A DNA stretch of 64,000 nt from Candidatus Heimdallarchaeota archaeon (GTDB taxonomy: Archaea > Asgardarchaeota > Heimdallarchaeia > JABLTI01): assembly GCA_018238155.1 (NCBI GenBank), contig JABCTZ010000046.1:256001-320000 (forward strand), in the 5' to 3' direction. The position numbers and the translations under genes are program-made. Positions 10,464 to 19,944 of the stretch are shown here, piece after piece (within the stretch, counting starts at the first letter, position 1; each line of letters starts with the position of its first letter). Under the pieces are notes generated by a model. The model was given only the letters and a program-made list of their open reading frames with translations, was not told the origin of the DNA and searched no databases.

Positions 10464-11486
10464 ATGGAAAAATCAAAAGTCTATTACTACAACAATCTTT
10501 CAAACCTAAAATCAGGTGTGAACAAATTTTTCAAAATGATTGCTGAGGATATTGAAGATGAGACAAAAACGGGCATCAAAATCCATTTCGGCGAAGGCGA
10601 CAACGATACACACGTTCAACCGGATTTGCTTAAGGATTTAAACAAATATTTTAAAGAACCAATTTTCGTTGAATGTAATGTCCTCTATAGAGGAAACAGA
10701 TTACGAAAAGATGATCACATAAAACAAGCATTAGCTCATGGGTTTAATTTCTTAGAAATAGATATTTTAGATGGTGAAATGGGAGAAGATTATACAGAGA
10801 TTGAAATCGATACGAAAAACACGCAGAAAGCAAAAATCGGAAAAGGACTGAAAAATTACGATAATTTAGTTTCTATTGCTCATTTTAAAGGACATATTGT
10901 CGCAGGTTTCGGTGGAGCACTGAAAAATATTGGCATGGGACTCGGTTCACGAGGTGGAAAACTAGACATGCATGCCGGAGTTGCACCAATAATTGATGTT
11001 GATAATTGTACTGGCTGTGGTTCATGCTCAGAACAATGTCCTGCAGATGCCATCGAAGTAAATAAATATGCTGTTATTGATGAATCATTATGTATCGGTT
11101 GTGCTCAATGTATTGCTGTTTGCCCTGAAGGAGTAATAAAAATCCCTTGGGGAAAACGAAAGGGTGATGAATTCTTAGAGAAAATAGCTGAATATACACT
11201 TGCCTGTGTAAAAGATAAGAATTGGTGGCACATTAACTTTTTAACAGATATAACAATGAAATGTGATTGTTTTGGCTCAAAACAAGAACCATTCATGGAT
11301 GATATTGGTATTCTCTTTTCAAAAGATCCTATTGCAATAGATAAAGCATCAATGGATCTACTAATTGAGAAGAATGATGGTGTAGACCCATTCAAGAAAT
11401 TCAGTAATAATAGTCAGCATCTTCTTAAATATGGAGAAGAAATCGGTTTAGGTTCAATGAAATATGAACTAATTAAAATCGATTAA
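10464..11486 (+). CDS. DUF362 Fe-S protein
   Basis: KIHFGE, HFKGH, GFGGALKNIGMG, two CxxCxxC...CP motifs, CDC, DPIAIDKAS. Confidence 0.9.
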   Translation: MEKSKVYYYNNLSNLKSGVNKFFKMIAEDIEDETKTGIKIHFGEGDNDTHVQPDLLKDLNKYFKEPIFVECNVLYRGNRLRKDDHIKQALAHGFNFLEIDILDGEMGEDYTEIEIDTKNTQKAKIGKGLKNYDNLVSIAHFKGHIVAGFGGALKNIGMGLGSRGGKLDMHAGVAPIIDVDNCTGCGSCSEQCPADAIEVNKYAVIDESLCIGCAQCIAVCPEGVIKIPWGKRKGDEFLEKIAEYTLACVKDKNWWHINFLTDITMKCDCFGSKQEPFMDDIGILFSKDPIAIDKASMDLLIEKNDGVDPFKKFSNNSQHLLKYGEEIGLGSMKYELIKID

Positions 11487-11510
11487 TCTTTTTCAATGTA
11501 GGATATTACA

Positions 11511-12479
11511 ATGAGCACTATTCCAATTGAAGGAAAAAATGCAGCACATGTAGATAGAGAAGAACGAATGAAACAAGCAAGAAATGTGATGATAATCGGT
11601 CTTGTTCTCAATGTCATTCTCGCTGCAGCAAAAATTTCTATTAGCTTAATTTTTGAAAGTATATCTTTATTTGCAGATGGTTTAGATTCTGCTTTGGATA
11701 TTGCAACAATAATTTTGGGATTCGTAGCGATTAAAATTGCAGATAGACCTGCAGATAGTGATCATCAATTCGGACATCAAAAATTCGAGAATTTTTTCTC
11801 TTTAGGAATTGCTTTGTTATTGATAACATCCTCAGGTATCATTGGTTATCAAGCTGTAACTCGTTTAATTGTTCAAACTGATTTAGTATTTCATGTTCTA
11901 AATGTGATTATTGCTTCTACAAGTATCGTGCTTAAAGGAATATTAGTTTGGATAAACATTAGAATTGGAAAAAGAATCGATTCACCTTCACTAATCGCTA
12001 ATGGTTTGAATTTTAGAACAGATATTTTAACGTCAATAGTAGTGTTAATCTCAGTCACTATTGGCACCATCAAAATTAATGGCAAAACATTATTTTGGTT
12101 GGATCCGGCAATTGCTATTCTAATCAGTATAGTAATAATCTTCACAGCAATTAAAATTACAAGAGAGTCTGCTCATGTATTATTAGATAAAAGTGCAGAC
12201 AAAGAAATTATAGATGAGATAATTAAAATTTCAAGAAGACAAGAAGGAGTAAAAGGAATCGGTGCAATACGATCACGAACAATTAGTGAAAGCAATATTT
12301 TCGTTGATTTAGATGTTTTTCTTGACCCAGAAATGACAATTGAACAAGGACATGATATTGCAAATATTGTAGAAGAAGCCATTAGAAAAGAATTACCAGT
12401 AAAATACTTGCAGATTCACATTGAACCTTATCATCCTGGGGATGGAGTGAAATGCATATCAGAAGCAGAGGAAGAATAA
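11511..12479 (+). CDS. Cation diffusion facilitator (FieF-like)
   Basis: ADGLDSALD, PADSDHQFGHQKFE, C-terminal dimerisation domain with GHDI and IHIEP. Confidence 0.92.
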   Translation: MSTIPIEGKNAAHVDREERMKQARNVMIIGLVLNVILAAAKISISLIFESISLFADGLDSALDIATIILGFVAIKIADRPADSDHQFGHQKFENFFSLGIALLLITSSGIIGYQAVTRLIVQTDLVFHVLNVIIASTSIVLKGILVWINIRIGKRIDSPSLIANGLNFRTDILTSIVVLISVTIGTIKINGKTLFWLDPAIAILISIVIIFTAIKITRESAHVLLDKSADKEIIDEIIKISRRQEGVKGIGAIRSRTISESNIFVDLDVFLDPEMTIEQGHDIANIVEEAIRKELPVKYLQIHIEPYHPGDGVKCISEAEEE

Positions 12480-12799
12480 TGACGCAGAAAGAAGAAAAAA
12501 TGCCAGAAGATGAATATGCGGTTTTACAAACCAAATTTTTGATGATTATGGTTGCTATCTCCATTACAAGTGCAATTGGTGTATTTAGTTCATCAGCATT
12601 TTTATTTACTAATCCAGGAGTAATAAGTGGGATAGTTTTTGCTTTATGCTTAATTTTCCTTGTAATTGTACCAATTATTTTATTAGCAATCTATTACAAT
12701 AAAAAAATGAAACCATTAAAAGTTGAGGAAGAGAAAAGAATAATCACTCTTACAAAGTCAAGCAAATCAAAAGGCAGTCGTTTGGAATTTTTGGAATAA
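12479..12799 (+). CDS. Small 2-TM hypothetical protein
   Basis: ATG at 12479 overlaps the CDF stop (TAATG, translational coupling); two hydrophobic helices and a basic tail. Confidence 0.7.
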   Translation: MTQKEEKMPEDEYAVLQTKFLMIMVAISITSAIGVFSSSAFLFTNPGVISGIVFALCLIFLVIVPIILLAIYYNKKMKPLKVEEEKRIITLTKSSKSKGSRLEFLE

Positions 12800-12936
12800 A
12801 AAAATATAGAAATGTTCCAATTTATTTTTTATAAAAGTATATTCTAAAAAGGATGTCTTGTTATAGTTTAAAGAGGTAAATTAATATCGTTTATTGATAT
12901 CCTTAGATAGAATGTCTATTATTCAAGTTAACGCAA

Positions 12937-14826
12937 TTGGAATCTATTGCTAACTATGAAGGAGTGTTAGATTTGCCTCGAAGAAAAGTAAACATACTTG
13001 TGATATGGTTTATTCTTATTTTTGCTATTCAATTAGCATTTGGATTGAGAGCAGTAACCAGTCAATATGATCTCAATAATAGTCTAAATATTAGAGAAGA
13101 TCTTTTACCTGTAGCTCTAGTTGACACACCAGGAAACATTACCGATCAAGTGCTGTTATTGTTTGTTGATGGAATGAGATATGATCGAATGTTGGAAGTA
13201 AATACTCCAAATATCGATCGTTTACGAGCAAATGGAACGACATTTTCAAATTATTATTCAATACAGCCAAGCTATAGTAGAGTAAATTATGCCGGCTTTT
13301 CGACAGGTTCAACAACAAATATTACTAATGTTTATGCAAATGCTTATGACAAAGAATTAGAAATCCCAACTTTCTTTGATATAATCAATACAACAGACTT
13401 GACAACAGGATTGGTTACGGGTGGTGGAGGTTGGAAATTATTTCTGGAAAGAAGCACTGATGTATTTGTAAAAGTAAAAACTGAATATCATGGATTAAAT
13501 CAAGATTCTTTTATTCGAGATGCAGCTCTCACATCAATTCAAGATAATTTTACTAATATACAAATGGTAACTTTTATTGATGTTGATGGGAATGGGCATG
13601 AATTTGGCGCTGCCTCTCTAGAATATGCTCAAGCAATAATTAATGCAGATACCTACATTGGAGAAATACTGGACCTTTATGATTCATTAGGGCAACTGGA
13701 AAATACAACTGTGATAGTTTTCAGTGATCATGGAATGTTAGATGAAGGAGGACATGGAGGTTTAGCTGAACAAGAAACACATGCTAGTTTAATTATATCT
13801 GGAAAGGGTATAAAATCTGCAGGAGTCATAAATGAGAATCTTTCAAGAATGAACGATGTCATTCCAACAATATTGGCAATGCTGGGATTACCTTTAGCAG
13901 CATCAATGAATGGAGCTATTTTGTTTGATAGCATTTCAACTTCTGTTAAAACTAATGCAATTTATAGTATTCAGAAGGCAGAGATAATGTTACAACATTT
14001 GACTATTTCCTTAGCTAAAGTGAAATTATTATCAGCAAAATCAAAGTTGAAATACACAAACCTCCTACCAACAGCTATAAGTAATATTACAGAAGCAAAA
14101 GCACAATACATAGCAGCAAATTATAATGAAACAGTAACTACTTCACAACTTGCTGAACAAAACTCGCGATTACTTTTGAGTAATCTTATCTTTCAATATG
14201 GTTCAGCAGAAAAATTAGCACGAAATTTATTTATGATAGGAATATTTGTAATATTGACAGCAACAGTTTTCTTCTTAGTTAGATCAAAAATAATTGAAAT
14301 AACTCATTTCGAAGTTTTCACTAAACAACTAATTATTCCAGAAATATTAGGTTCGGTAATTGCTTTATTTGTTGTTGTTGTTATGTTTGTAATAGGTGGA
14401 TTCGGTTATGGGACATCTCAATTCAATAGTATAAGTCAACCATTAATTCCAAACTTAACAGCATTTTTCATATTGCTAGTTTTAGGAATATTCTTACCAT
14501 GGTTATTCGTTTACTTGAGATTTCGGAAAGAAGAGAATAAACCAACTACATACAAAGGATGGCAAAAACATTTTCTACGTTCTTCAATAGGATCAATAGC
14601 ATTTCTCTCAGTATCAGCATTTGCATATGTTCTCTATTACATTAGCAAATATGGACCATGGCCAAATTGGCTGCTACCTGATATTGCTGAATACTATGCA
14701 TTTATGATCATTGGAGTTTTAAGTAGCATTATCTATATTGCAGCTTTTGTTTTAATGTTGATTATTTGGTTACAAAAGAGAAAACAACAAATCATTAACC
14801 AAAATGATGTTGTATTGGATAATTAA
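12937..14826 (+). CDS. Alkaline-phosphatase-superfamily membrane protein, GPI ethanolamine-phosphate-transferase-like architecture
   Basis: N-terminal TM, then VDGMRYD, PSYSR (nucleophile Ser), DVDGNGH and SDHGM..GGHGG, then about 5 C-terminal TMs; many N-x-S/T sequons. Confidence 0.8.
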   Translation: MESIANYEGVLDLPRRKVNILVIWFILIFAIQLAFGLRAVTSQYDLNNSLNIREDLLPVALVDTPGNITDQVLLLFVDGMRYDRMLEVNTPNIDRLRANGTTFSNYYSIQPSYSRVNYAGFSTGSTTNITNVYANAYDKELEIPTFFDIINTTDLTTGLVTGGGGWKLFLERSTDVFVKVKTEYHGLNQDSFIRDAALTSIQDNFTNIQMVTFIDVDGNGHEFGAASLEYAQAIINADTYIGEILDLYDSLGQLENTTVIVFSDHGMLDEGGHGGLAEQETHASLIISGKGIKSAGVINENLSRMNDVIPTILAMLGLPLAASMNGAILFDSISTSVKTNAIYSIQKAEIMLQHLTISLAKVKLLSAKSKLKYTNLLPTAISNITEAKAQYIAANYNETVTTSQLAEQNSRLLLSNLIFQYGSAEKLARNLFMIGIFVILTATVFFLVRSKIIEITHFEVFTKQLIIPEILGSVIALFVVVVMFVIGGFGYGTSQFNSISQPLIPNLTAFFILLVLGIFLPWLFVYLRFRKEENKPTTYKGWQKHFLRSSIGSIAFLSVSAFAYVLYYISKYGPWPNWLLPDIAEYYAFMIIGVLSSIIYIAAFVLMLIIWLQKRKQQIINQNDVVLDN

Positions 14827-14863
14827 GGAAAAATAAGGAAATCAAATCCTTATTTATTTTTTT

Positions 14864-16438
14864 TCATTCCCATTCTATTGTTGCAGGTGGTTTTGAAGTA
14901 ATGTCATAAACTACTCTATTAACCCGTTCAACATTGTTGATTATTTTATTAGAAATGACAGCAAGCGTTTCATAAGGAATTTTTGACCAATCAGCAGTCA
15001 TTGCATCCACAGAATTAACAGAACGTAAAACAACAGTCCATTCGTAGGTACGCGAATCACCCATGACACCGACAGACTTCACAGGTAACAAAACAGAGAA
15101 ACTCTGCCAATAATTATGATATTCGCCACGCTTCTTGATTTCTCCAATAAAAATAGCATCAACTTCCTTCAATGTATCTAGTTTCTCTTGAGTGAGCTCA
15201 CCCAATATTCGCACGGATAATCCTGGTCCGGGGAAGGGATGTCGTTCAATAAGCTCAGGGGAGATATCTAGTAATCGACCAACTTTGCGAACTTCATCTT
15301 TGTAAAGTTCTTTCAGAGGTTCAATGACTTTCAGAGACATTTTCTCAGGGAGGGCAAGATTGTGATGAGTCTTTATCTTTGCTGCAGATTTTGAAGGTTG
15401 AGCAGATTCAATTCGATCAGGATAAATTGTTCCTTGAACAAGGAAACCAAATTTACCAAATTTCTTCTCAAGTTCTTTTTCAAAAGTTTCAAAAGTTTCA
15501 ATGAATTTATGACCAATAATTTTCCTTTTTTCTTCAGGATCAGAGACGCCTTTAACAGCATCTAAGAAATCCTTTTGTGCATTAATTTTATAAAAATACT
15601 TGAAATTCAAATCCTCTCTGAAAAATCGCTCAACTTCTTCAGGTTCATCTTTACGCATAAAACCATGATCAACAAAAACACAATGTAATTTATCGCCAAT
15701 ACTTTTATGCATAAGAATTGCTGAAACAGTAGAATCTACACCACCACTAACACCAATAATAACTCTATTGTCTCCTACTTCATCGCGGATTTGTTGTATT
15801 TGCTCTTCAATGTAGCTTTCCATTGACCAATTTTTAACCAGTTTTGCGATGTCAAAAAGGAAATTAGCAATTAATTGAGTGCCATTTTCTGTATGAACGA
15901 CTTCTGGGTGAAATTGTAAACCAAAAAGCATTTTATCTAAATTCTCAAATGCAGCAATTTCACAGTTTTCACTTGAAGCGGTTGTTTTGAATCCCTCAGG
16001 TAATTCTGCTACTTTATCACCATGAGACATCCAAACATTACACTCATCGTCGAAATTTTTGAAGAGATGTGATTTATCAGAAATCTGCATTATTGTATTA
16101 CCATATTCTCTCTTCTTACCGGGGATAACTTTCCCTCCATAATACAGAGAAATGAATTGAAGACCATAACAAAGCCCTAAGACAGGTATTTTTTCTTTTT
16201 CAAAGAAGCTCATTGTCTCACTTGAGATTTTTGGGCCATTTTTATCATAGACGCTATTTGGTCCACCAGAAAAGATAACTGCTTTTACATTATGACTAAT
16301 CAAATCAGCAGGCGTAGTTTCCCAACTGAAAATTTCAGAAAGAACACCTAAATCTCGTACTCTACGAGCAATAAGATGTGTATATTGACCTCCAAAATCA
16401 ATTACAGCTACAATATTATTATTTACCATTTTTTGCAC
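14864..16438 (-). CDS. guaA: GMP synthase (fused GATase + ATP-PPase)
   Basis: DFGGQY, GLCYG, QFHPEV, SGGVDS, QGTIYPD, HPFPGPGL, KPPATIEWE. Confidence 0.97.
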   Translation of the reverse strand: MQKMVNNNIVAVIDFGGQYTHLIARRVRDLGVLSEIFSWETTPADLISHNVKAVIFSGGPNSVYDKNGPKISSETMSFFEKEKIPVLGLCYGLQFISLYYGGKVIPGKKREYGNTIMQISDKSHLFKNFDDECNVWMSHGDKVAELPEGFKTTASSENCEIAAFENLDKMLFGLQFHPEVVHTENGTQLIANFLFDIAKLVKNWSMESYIEEQIQQIRDEVGDNRVIIGVSGGVDSTVSAILMHKSIGDKLHCVFVDHGFMRKDEPEEVERFFREDLNFKYFYKINAQKDFLDAVKGVSDPEEKRKIIGHKFIETFETFEKELEKKFGKFGFLVQGTIYPDRIESAQPSKSAAKIKTHHNLALPEKMSLKVIEPLKELYKDEVRKVGRLLDISPELIERHPFPGPGLSVRILGELTQEKLDTLKEVDAIFIGEIKKRGEYHNYWQSFSVLLPVKSVGVMGDSRTYEWTVVLRSVNSVDAMTADWSKIPYETLAVISNKIINNVERVNRVVYDITSKPPATIEWE

Positions 16439-16535
16439 TCTGTCGTAACGACAATGAAAGAGTATTTGAATATTCAGTTTATATCATTGTGTTAATTTTC
16501 TTTCTTTGCGTTTTGAGCTAGGTATCTTTTCTTCA

Positions 16536-18305
16536 TTACTTATCATTTTGTCTTTTCTCGGGAAAAGATTGACCGATAATGGCTTCCAGAATATTCTTAG
16601 CTTTTTCACCAGGTTTCTCTAAAGGTTCAACTGTAAATTTATCAAATGGTGCTCTTCGAAGTGTAGCTTTTACTTGGTAAAGCTTATTGAATCTGAACAA
16701 AGTTATTTTGACTTTTTGTTTTGGGTTAAAATTCAGTAGATATTCGTCCATATCATCATTTGGTGAAACTCTTAAATCATTAATGGCAACTATTTCATCT
16801 CTTGCATAAATTCCTGCTTCTTCTGCAGGAGAGCCACTAAGAACGGATTTTACAATGAGTTTGTTTTCTTTTGTTTGGAGAATCCAGCCAATGAAAGGTA
16901 TACCTTCTTTCCTATTTTTCTCTTTTGTTTTATTCTCTGCTTTTATCTGGAGACCGGCAAACTTGAACCATTCGTTTGGAATATCCTCCATTCCTTCAAT
17001 AAATCGATAGAAGAAGTCTGAAAGATCAATTCCAACGGCTTCTGACATTATTTCAAGAATTTTATCTTCAGGAAAACCAATATCCTTTTTGCCATAGTTC
17101 TTCCAGAGATAAAGCAGAATATCATCCAAACTTTTCTGATTATTGGTTTCATTTCTTAACCAAAAGTCTAAACCAATTGCAGCATTTATTTTTCCTCGAG
17201 AGTAATAGGAAATGGTAGAATTTACAGTGTTTTCATCTCGTCTATAAAGCTTAATCCATGCATCGAAAGAGCTCTGTGCAGCAGATTGTTTGAAACGACC
17301 AGGAGTGGTCAAAACAGAATCCAATGTTTTTTCCAGCATTTTCAGATACTGATCAAGAGTGATTAATCCGGCTCTAACTAACCAGATATCTTGATAATAG
17401 CTGGTCCATCCCTCACAAAGCCATAAACAACGAGTATAATTCTCATTTTCATAATCAAACGGTCCAAGGGGTTGTGGTCTTAATCTCTTCACATTCCATG
17501 TATGGAAATACTCATGTGATTCTAACCCAAGAAAACCAATGTAGTCTTCCCGCTTTCTCAATTTTGAACCAGAATAAACAGAGACATTACAATTTTTGTG
17601 TTCTAACCCTCCGAATTGTCCTTCAACTAAATGAATTATAAAAACATAATTATCATATGGCAGCCCACCGAAAAATTCTCCTTGTGTTTCAACAATCTTT
17701 TGGAGGTCTAATAGAAGCTGTTTCTTATTGTAATTTCCTTGACCGAAAATTGCTACTTCATGTGTTTTTTCTAAAACGTCAAAAAAATCTTTTGTATGCG
17801 TACCGCACTCAACAGGTGAATCAACAATTTCATCGAAATCTTTTGCATAATACAATCCGATTTCTTCATTGAATTTCAATGGAGTTGAAATATGCCACTT
17901 TTTGTAAGGGATAATTTTTATTGTTGCAGAAAGATCTAATTTGTTATCAAGATACATAAAAACATTGGAACCATTGAAAAAACCATGTTCTCCATCTAGA
18001 TATGCTGTTCTCACCGAAAATTCAAAAGCATAAACATTATAGAACACCGTAAATGAACTCTTCCCTCTAGTTTCAATTTCCCACGTGTTCTTTTTAGTCT
18101 TCTGAAAATCAAGAGGGGATCCTGCATCCTCAACTCTAAAGTCTTGAACATGCCTCGAGTATTCTCTTACCAGATAAGAGCCAGGAGTCCAAACAGCCAT
18201 TTTTAAAACCGCTTTTTCATCCACAAAATCTGTCACAAATATTTTTACTTCGAACAAATGATTGTGTGGATTACTCATACTAATCTCATAATGAATTTTC
18301 GCCAT
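16536..18305 (-). CDS. M61 glycyl aminopeptidase with C-terminal PDZ
   Basis: WTPGSY, GGLEH, HEYFHTWNVKRLRP, LWLCEGWTSY, PDZ segment GSPAEEAGI. Confidence 0.93.
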   Translation of the reverse strand: MAKIHYEISMSNPHNHLFEVKIFVTDFVDEKAVLKMAVWTPGSYLVREYSRHVQDFRVEDAGSPLDFQKTKKNTWEIETRGKSSFTVFYNVYAFEFSVRTAYLDGEHGFFNGSNVFMYLDNKLDLSATIKIIPYKKWHISTPLKFNEEIGLYYAKDFDEIVDSPVECGTHTKDFFDVLEKTHEVAIFGQGNYNKKQLLLDLQKIVETQGEFFGGLPYDNYVFIIHLVEGQFGGLEHKNCNVSVYSGSKLRKREDYIGFLGLESHEYFHTWNVKRLRPQPLGPFDYENENYTRCLWLCEGWTSYYQDIWLVRAGLITLDQYLKMLEKTLDSVLTTPGRFKQSAAQSSFDAWIKLYRRDENTVNSTISYYSRGKINAAIGLDFWLRNETNNQKSLDDILLYLWKNYGKKDIGFPEDKILEIMSEAVGIDLSDFFYRFIEGMEDIPNEWFKFAGLQIKAENKTKEKNRKEGIPFIGWILQTKENKLIVKSVLSGSPAEEAGIYARDEIVAINDLRVSPNDDMDEYLLNFNPKQKVKITLFRFNKLYQVKATLRRAPFDKFTVEPLEKPGEKAKNILEAIIGQSFPEKRQNDK

Positions 18306-18640
18306 TATAACTTCCTCTGATAATTTTTAAGAGAAACCATTAGAAAATCTTTTCATTTAAATGAAGAATATTCAGAAATAGATTCTATAGGCCTTCAAAA
18401 ATAATGCAAGAGATATTTCAAATCGATGAAACCTATACAATTGGATTCAATAGGGGAGGAAACTACGTTTGACCTTCAAATATCCAAAATATATTCGAGT
18501 TGAATGAAGAGGTCATGGAAATTTCTCTTTTGATAAGGAATTAATCAATTGCTTAATGAAATTTTAAAAATAGAATCTAAAATGTGAAAAGAAAGGTTTT
18601 TGAAAATATCAGCAGTTGTAAAAAATAAAGATGTTACAAG

Positions 18641-19648
18641 TTATTTCGGATATGTTATCCTAGAATAATATTCTTGTAATCCTACTGGAAGATCATTCAT
18701 ATTAGGAATATCTTCTTCTAGCCAAATAAGAGTAACAGCATCATCAATATACAAGCCATCTAATTTCCGGCAGTTTTTTAGAACTGTGATATCTATCTGT
18801 TTTATCTGATTGACATCAAGCTCTATGTTCTTTAGTTCAGTACATGCTTTCAATGGTGAGAGATCTATAGATGCAAGCTGATTATTTGGAAGGATAAGTT
18901 CTTGCAGTTTTGTACAAGCTTGTAATGGAGATAGGTCAATTGAAGTAAGCATATTTTTATCAAACTCAAGACATTCCAGTTCTGTGCATGTTTTTAGAGG
19001 AGTTAGATCAATCGTAGAGAGTGGAGTGCTATAAAGCTTAAGCGCTTGTAGTTTTGTGCAAGCTTGAAGTGGAGAAAGATCAATTGATTTAAGCGGATTA
19101 TTCCCAAGCAATAATGCTCGCAGTTTAATACATGCACTCAATGATGAAAGATCTATAGAAACAAGCTGATTATTATCAAGCATGAGTTCTTGCAATTCCG
19201 TACAGGCTTTCAAAGGAGTAAGATCAATAGTTGTAAGTGGGTTATTATCAAACCAAAGCACTTGCAATTTTGTACAGGATTGTAGTGGTGAGAGATCTAT
19301 TGAAGTAAATGGATTATAACCTAGATCGAGTTGCTGTAGATTTATGCAAGCTTTCAATGATGATAAATCAACTGTAGTAAGTTTATTCCGGTGAAGCCAT
19401 AACTCTTGAAGTTCTGTGCAAGCTTGAAGTGGAGAAAGATCAATAGAAGCAAGTTGATTATCAGAAAGCCTGAGAATTCGTAATTTTGTACACTCTTTCA
19501 ATGATGACAAATCAATCGAAATAAGATTTTGACCTTCAAGGAAAAGTTCTTCTAAATTCTTTTCGATTTTTCTACTAAATTGCTCACCATTTGCTTTAAT
19601 CCCAATTACATCAATCATAATCTCACACTTCAGATATTGCAACCTCAA
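18641..19648 (-). CDS. Leucine-rich repeat protein (11 x 24-aa repeats)
   Basis: Consensus LxxLxLxxNxLxSIDLSPLxACTx; true start probably ATG at 19618. Confidence 0.92.
   Translation of the reverse strand: MRLQYLKCEIMIDVIGIKANGEQFSRKIEKNLEELFLEGQNLISIDLSSLKECTKLRILRLSDNQLASIDLSPLQACTELQELWLHRNKLTTVDLSSLKACINLQQLDLGYNPFTSIDLSPLQSCTKLQVLWFDNNPLTTIDLTPLKACTELQELMLDNNQLVSIDLSSLSACIKLRALLLGNNPLKSIDLSPLQACTKLQALKLYSTPLSTIDLTPLKTCTELECLEFDKNMLTSIDLSPLQACTKLQELILPNNQLASIDLSPLKACTELKNIELDVNQIKQIDITVLKNCRKLDGLYIDDAVTLIWLEEDIPNMNDLPVGLQEYYSRITYPK
18770..19560 (-). repeat. 72-bp-period coding tandem repeat underlying the LRR
   Basis: For example tgtgcaagcttgaagtggagaaagatcaat is identical at 19055-19084 and 19415-19444 (offset 360 = 5 x 72). 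Confidence 0.85.
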
Positions 19649-19944
19649 ATTACATTGCTTAAATAAAAAAGTTGCTTGATGTATTTCAATGGTTTCTAGT
19701 TATTAAATTCCAATTATATTACTGAAAAGAACTTGTTCGAGCAAAAATAACTTCTTTTCTTCTCCTTTTTTTGGTGGTCACTATTCCTCATATTATTATT
19801 ATATTGTAACCACATTAGAAGTGACTGAACTTGATAAAATTCACCGAAATAGATTAAGATGAAAGAAAAAATGGTTACTTAGAAAGAAAAAATACGAAAT
19901 GAATTTCTAGTAACAATAGGTGTAAAGCATCTATTCAATAAGGT

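Noticed and set aside
18420-18570. Possible alpha/beta-hydrolase remnant (RVE*RGHGNFS) in the intergenic gap
   Set aside because: Only a 4-5 residue motif amid several stops; not distinguishable from chance.
18770-19560. Periodic DNA repeats as a CRISPR array or DGR target
   Set aside because: The repeats are degenerate, in-frame 72-bp coding units. There are no cas genes, no reverse transcriptase and no adenine-specific TR/VR pair in the window.
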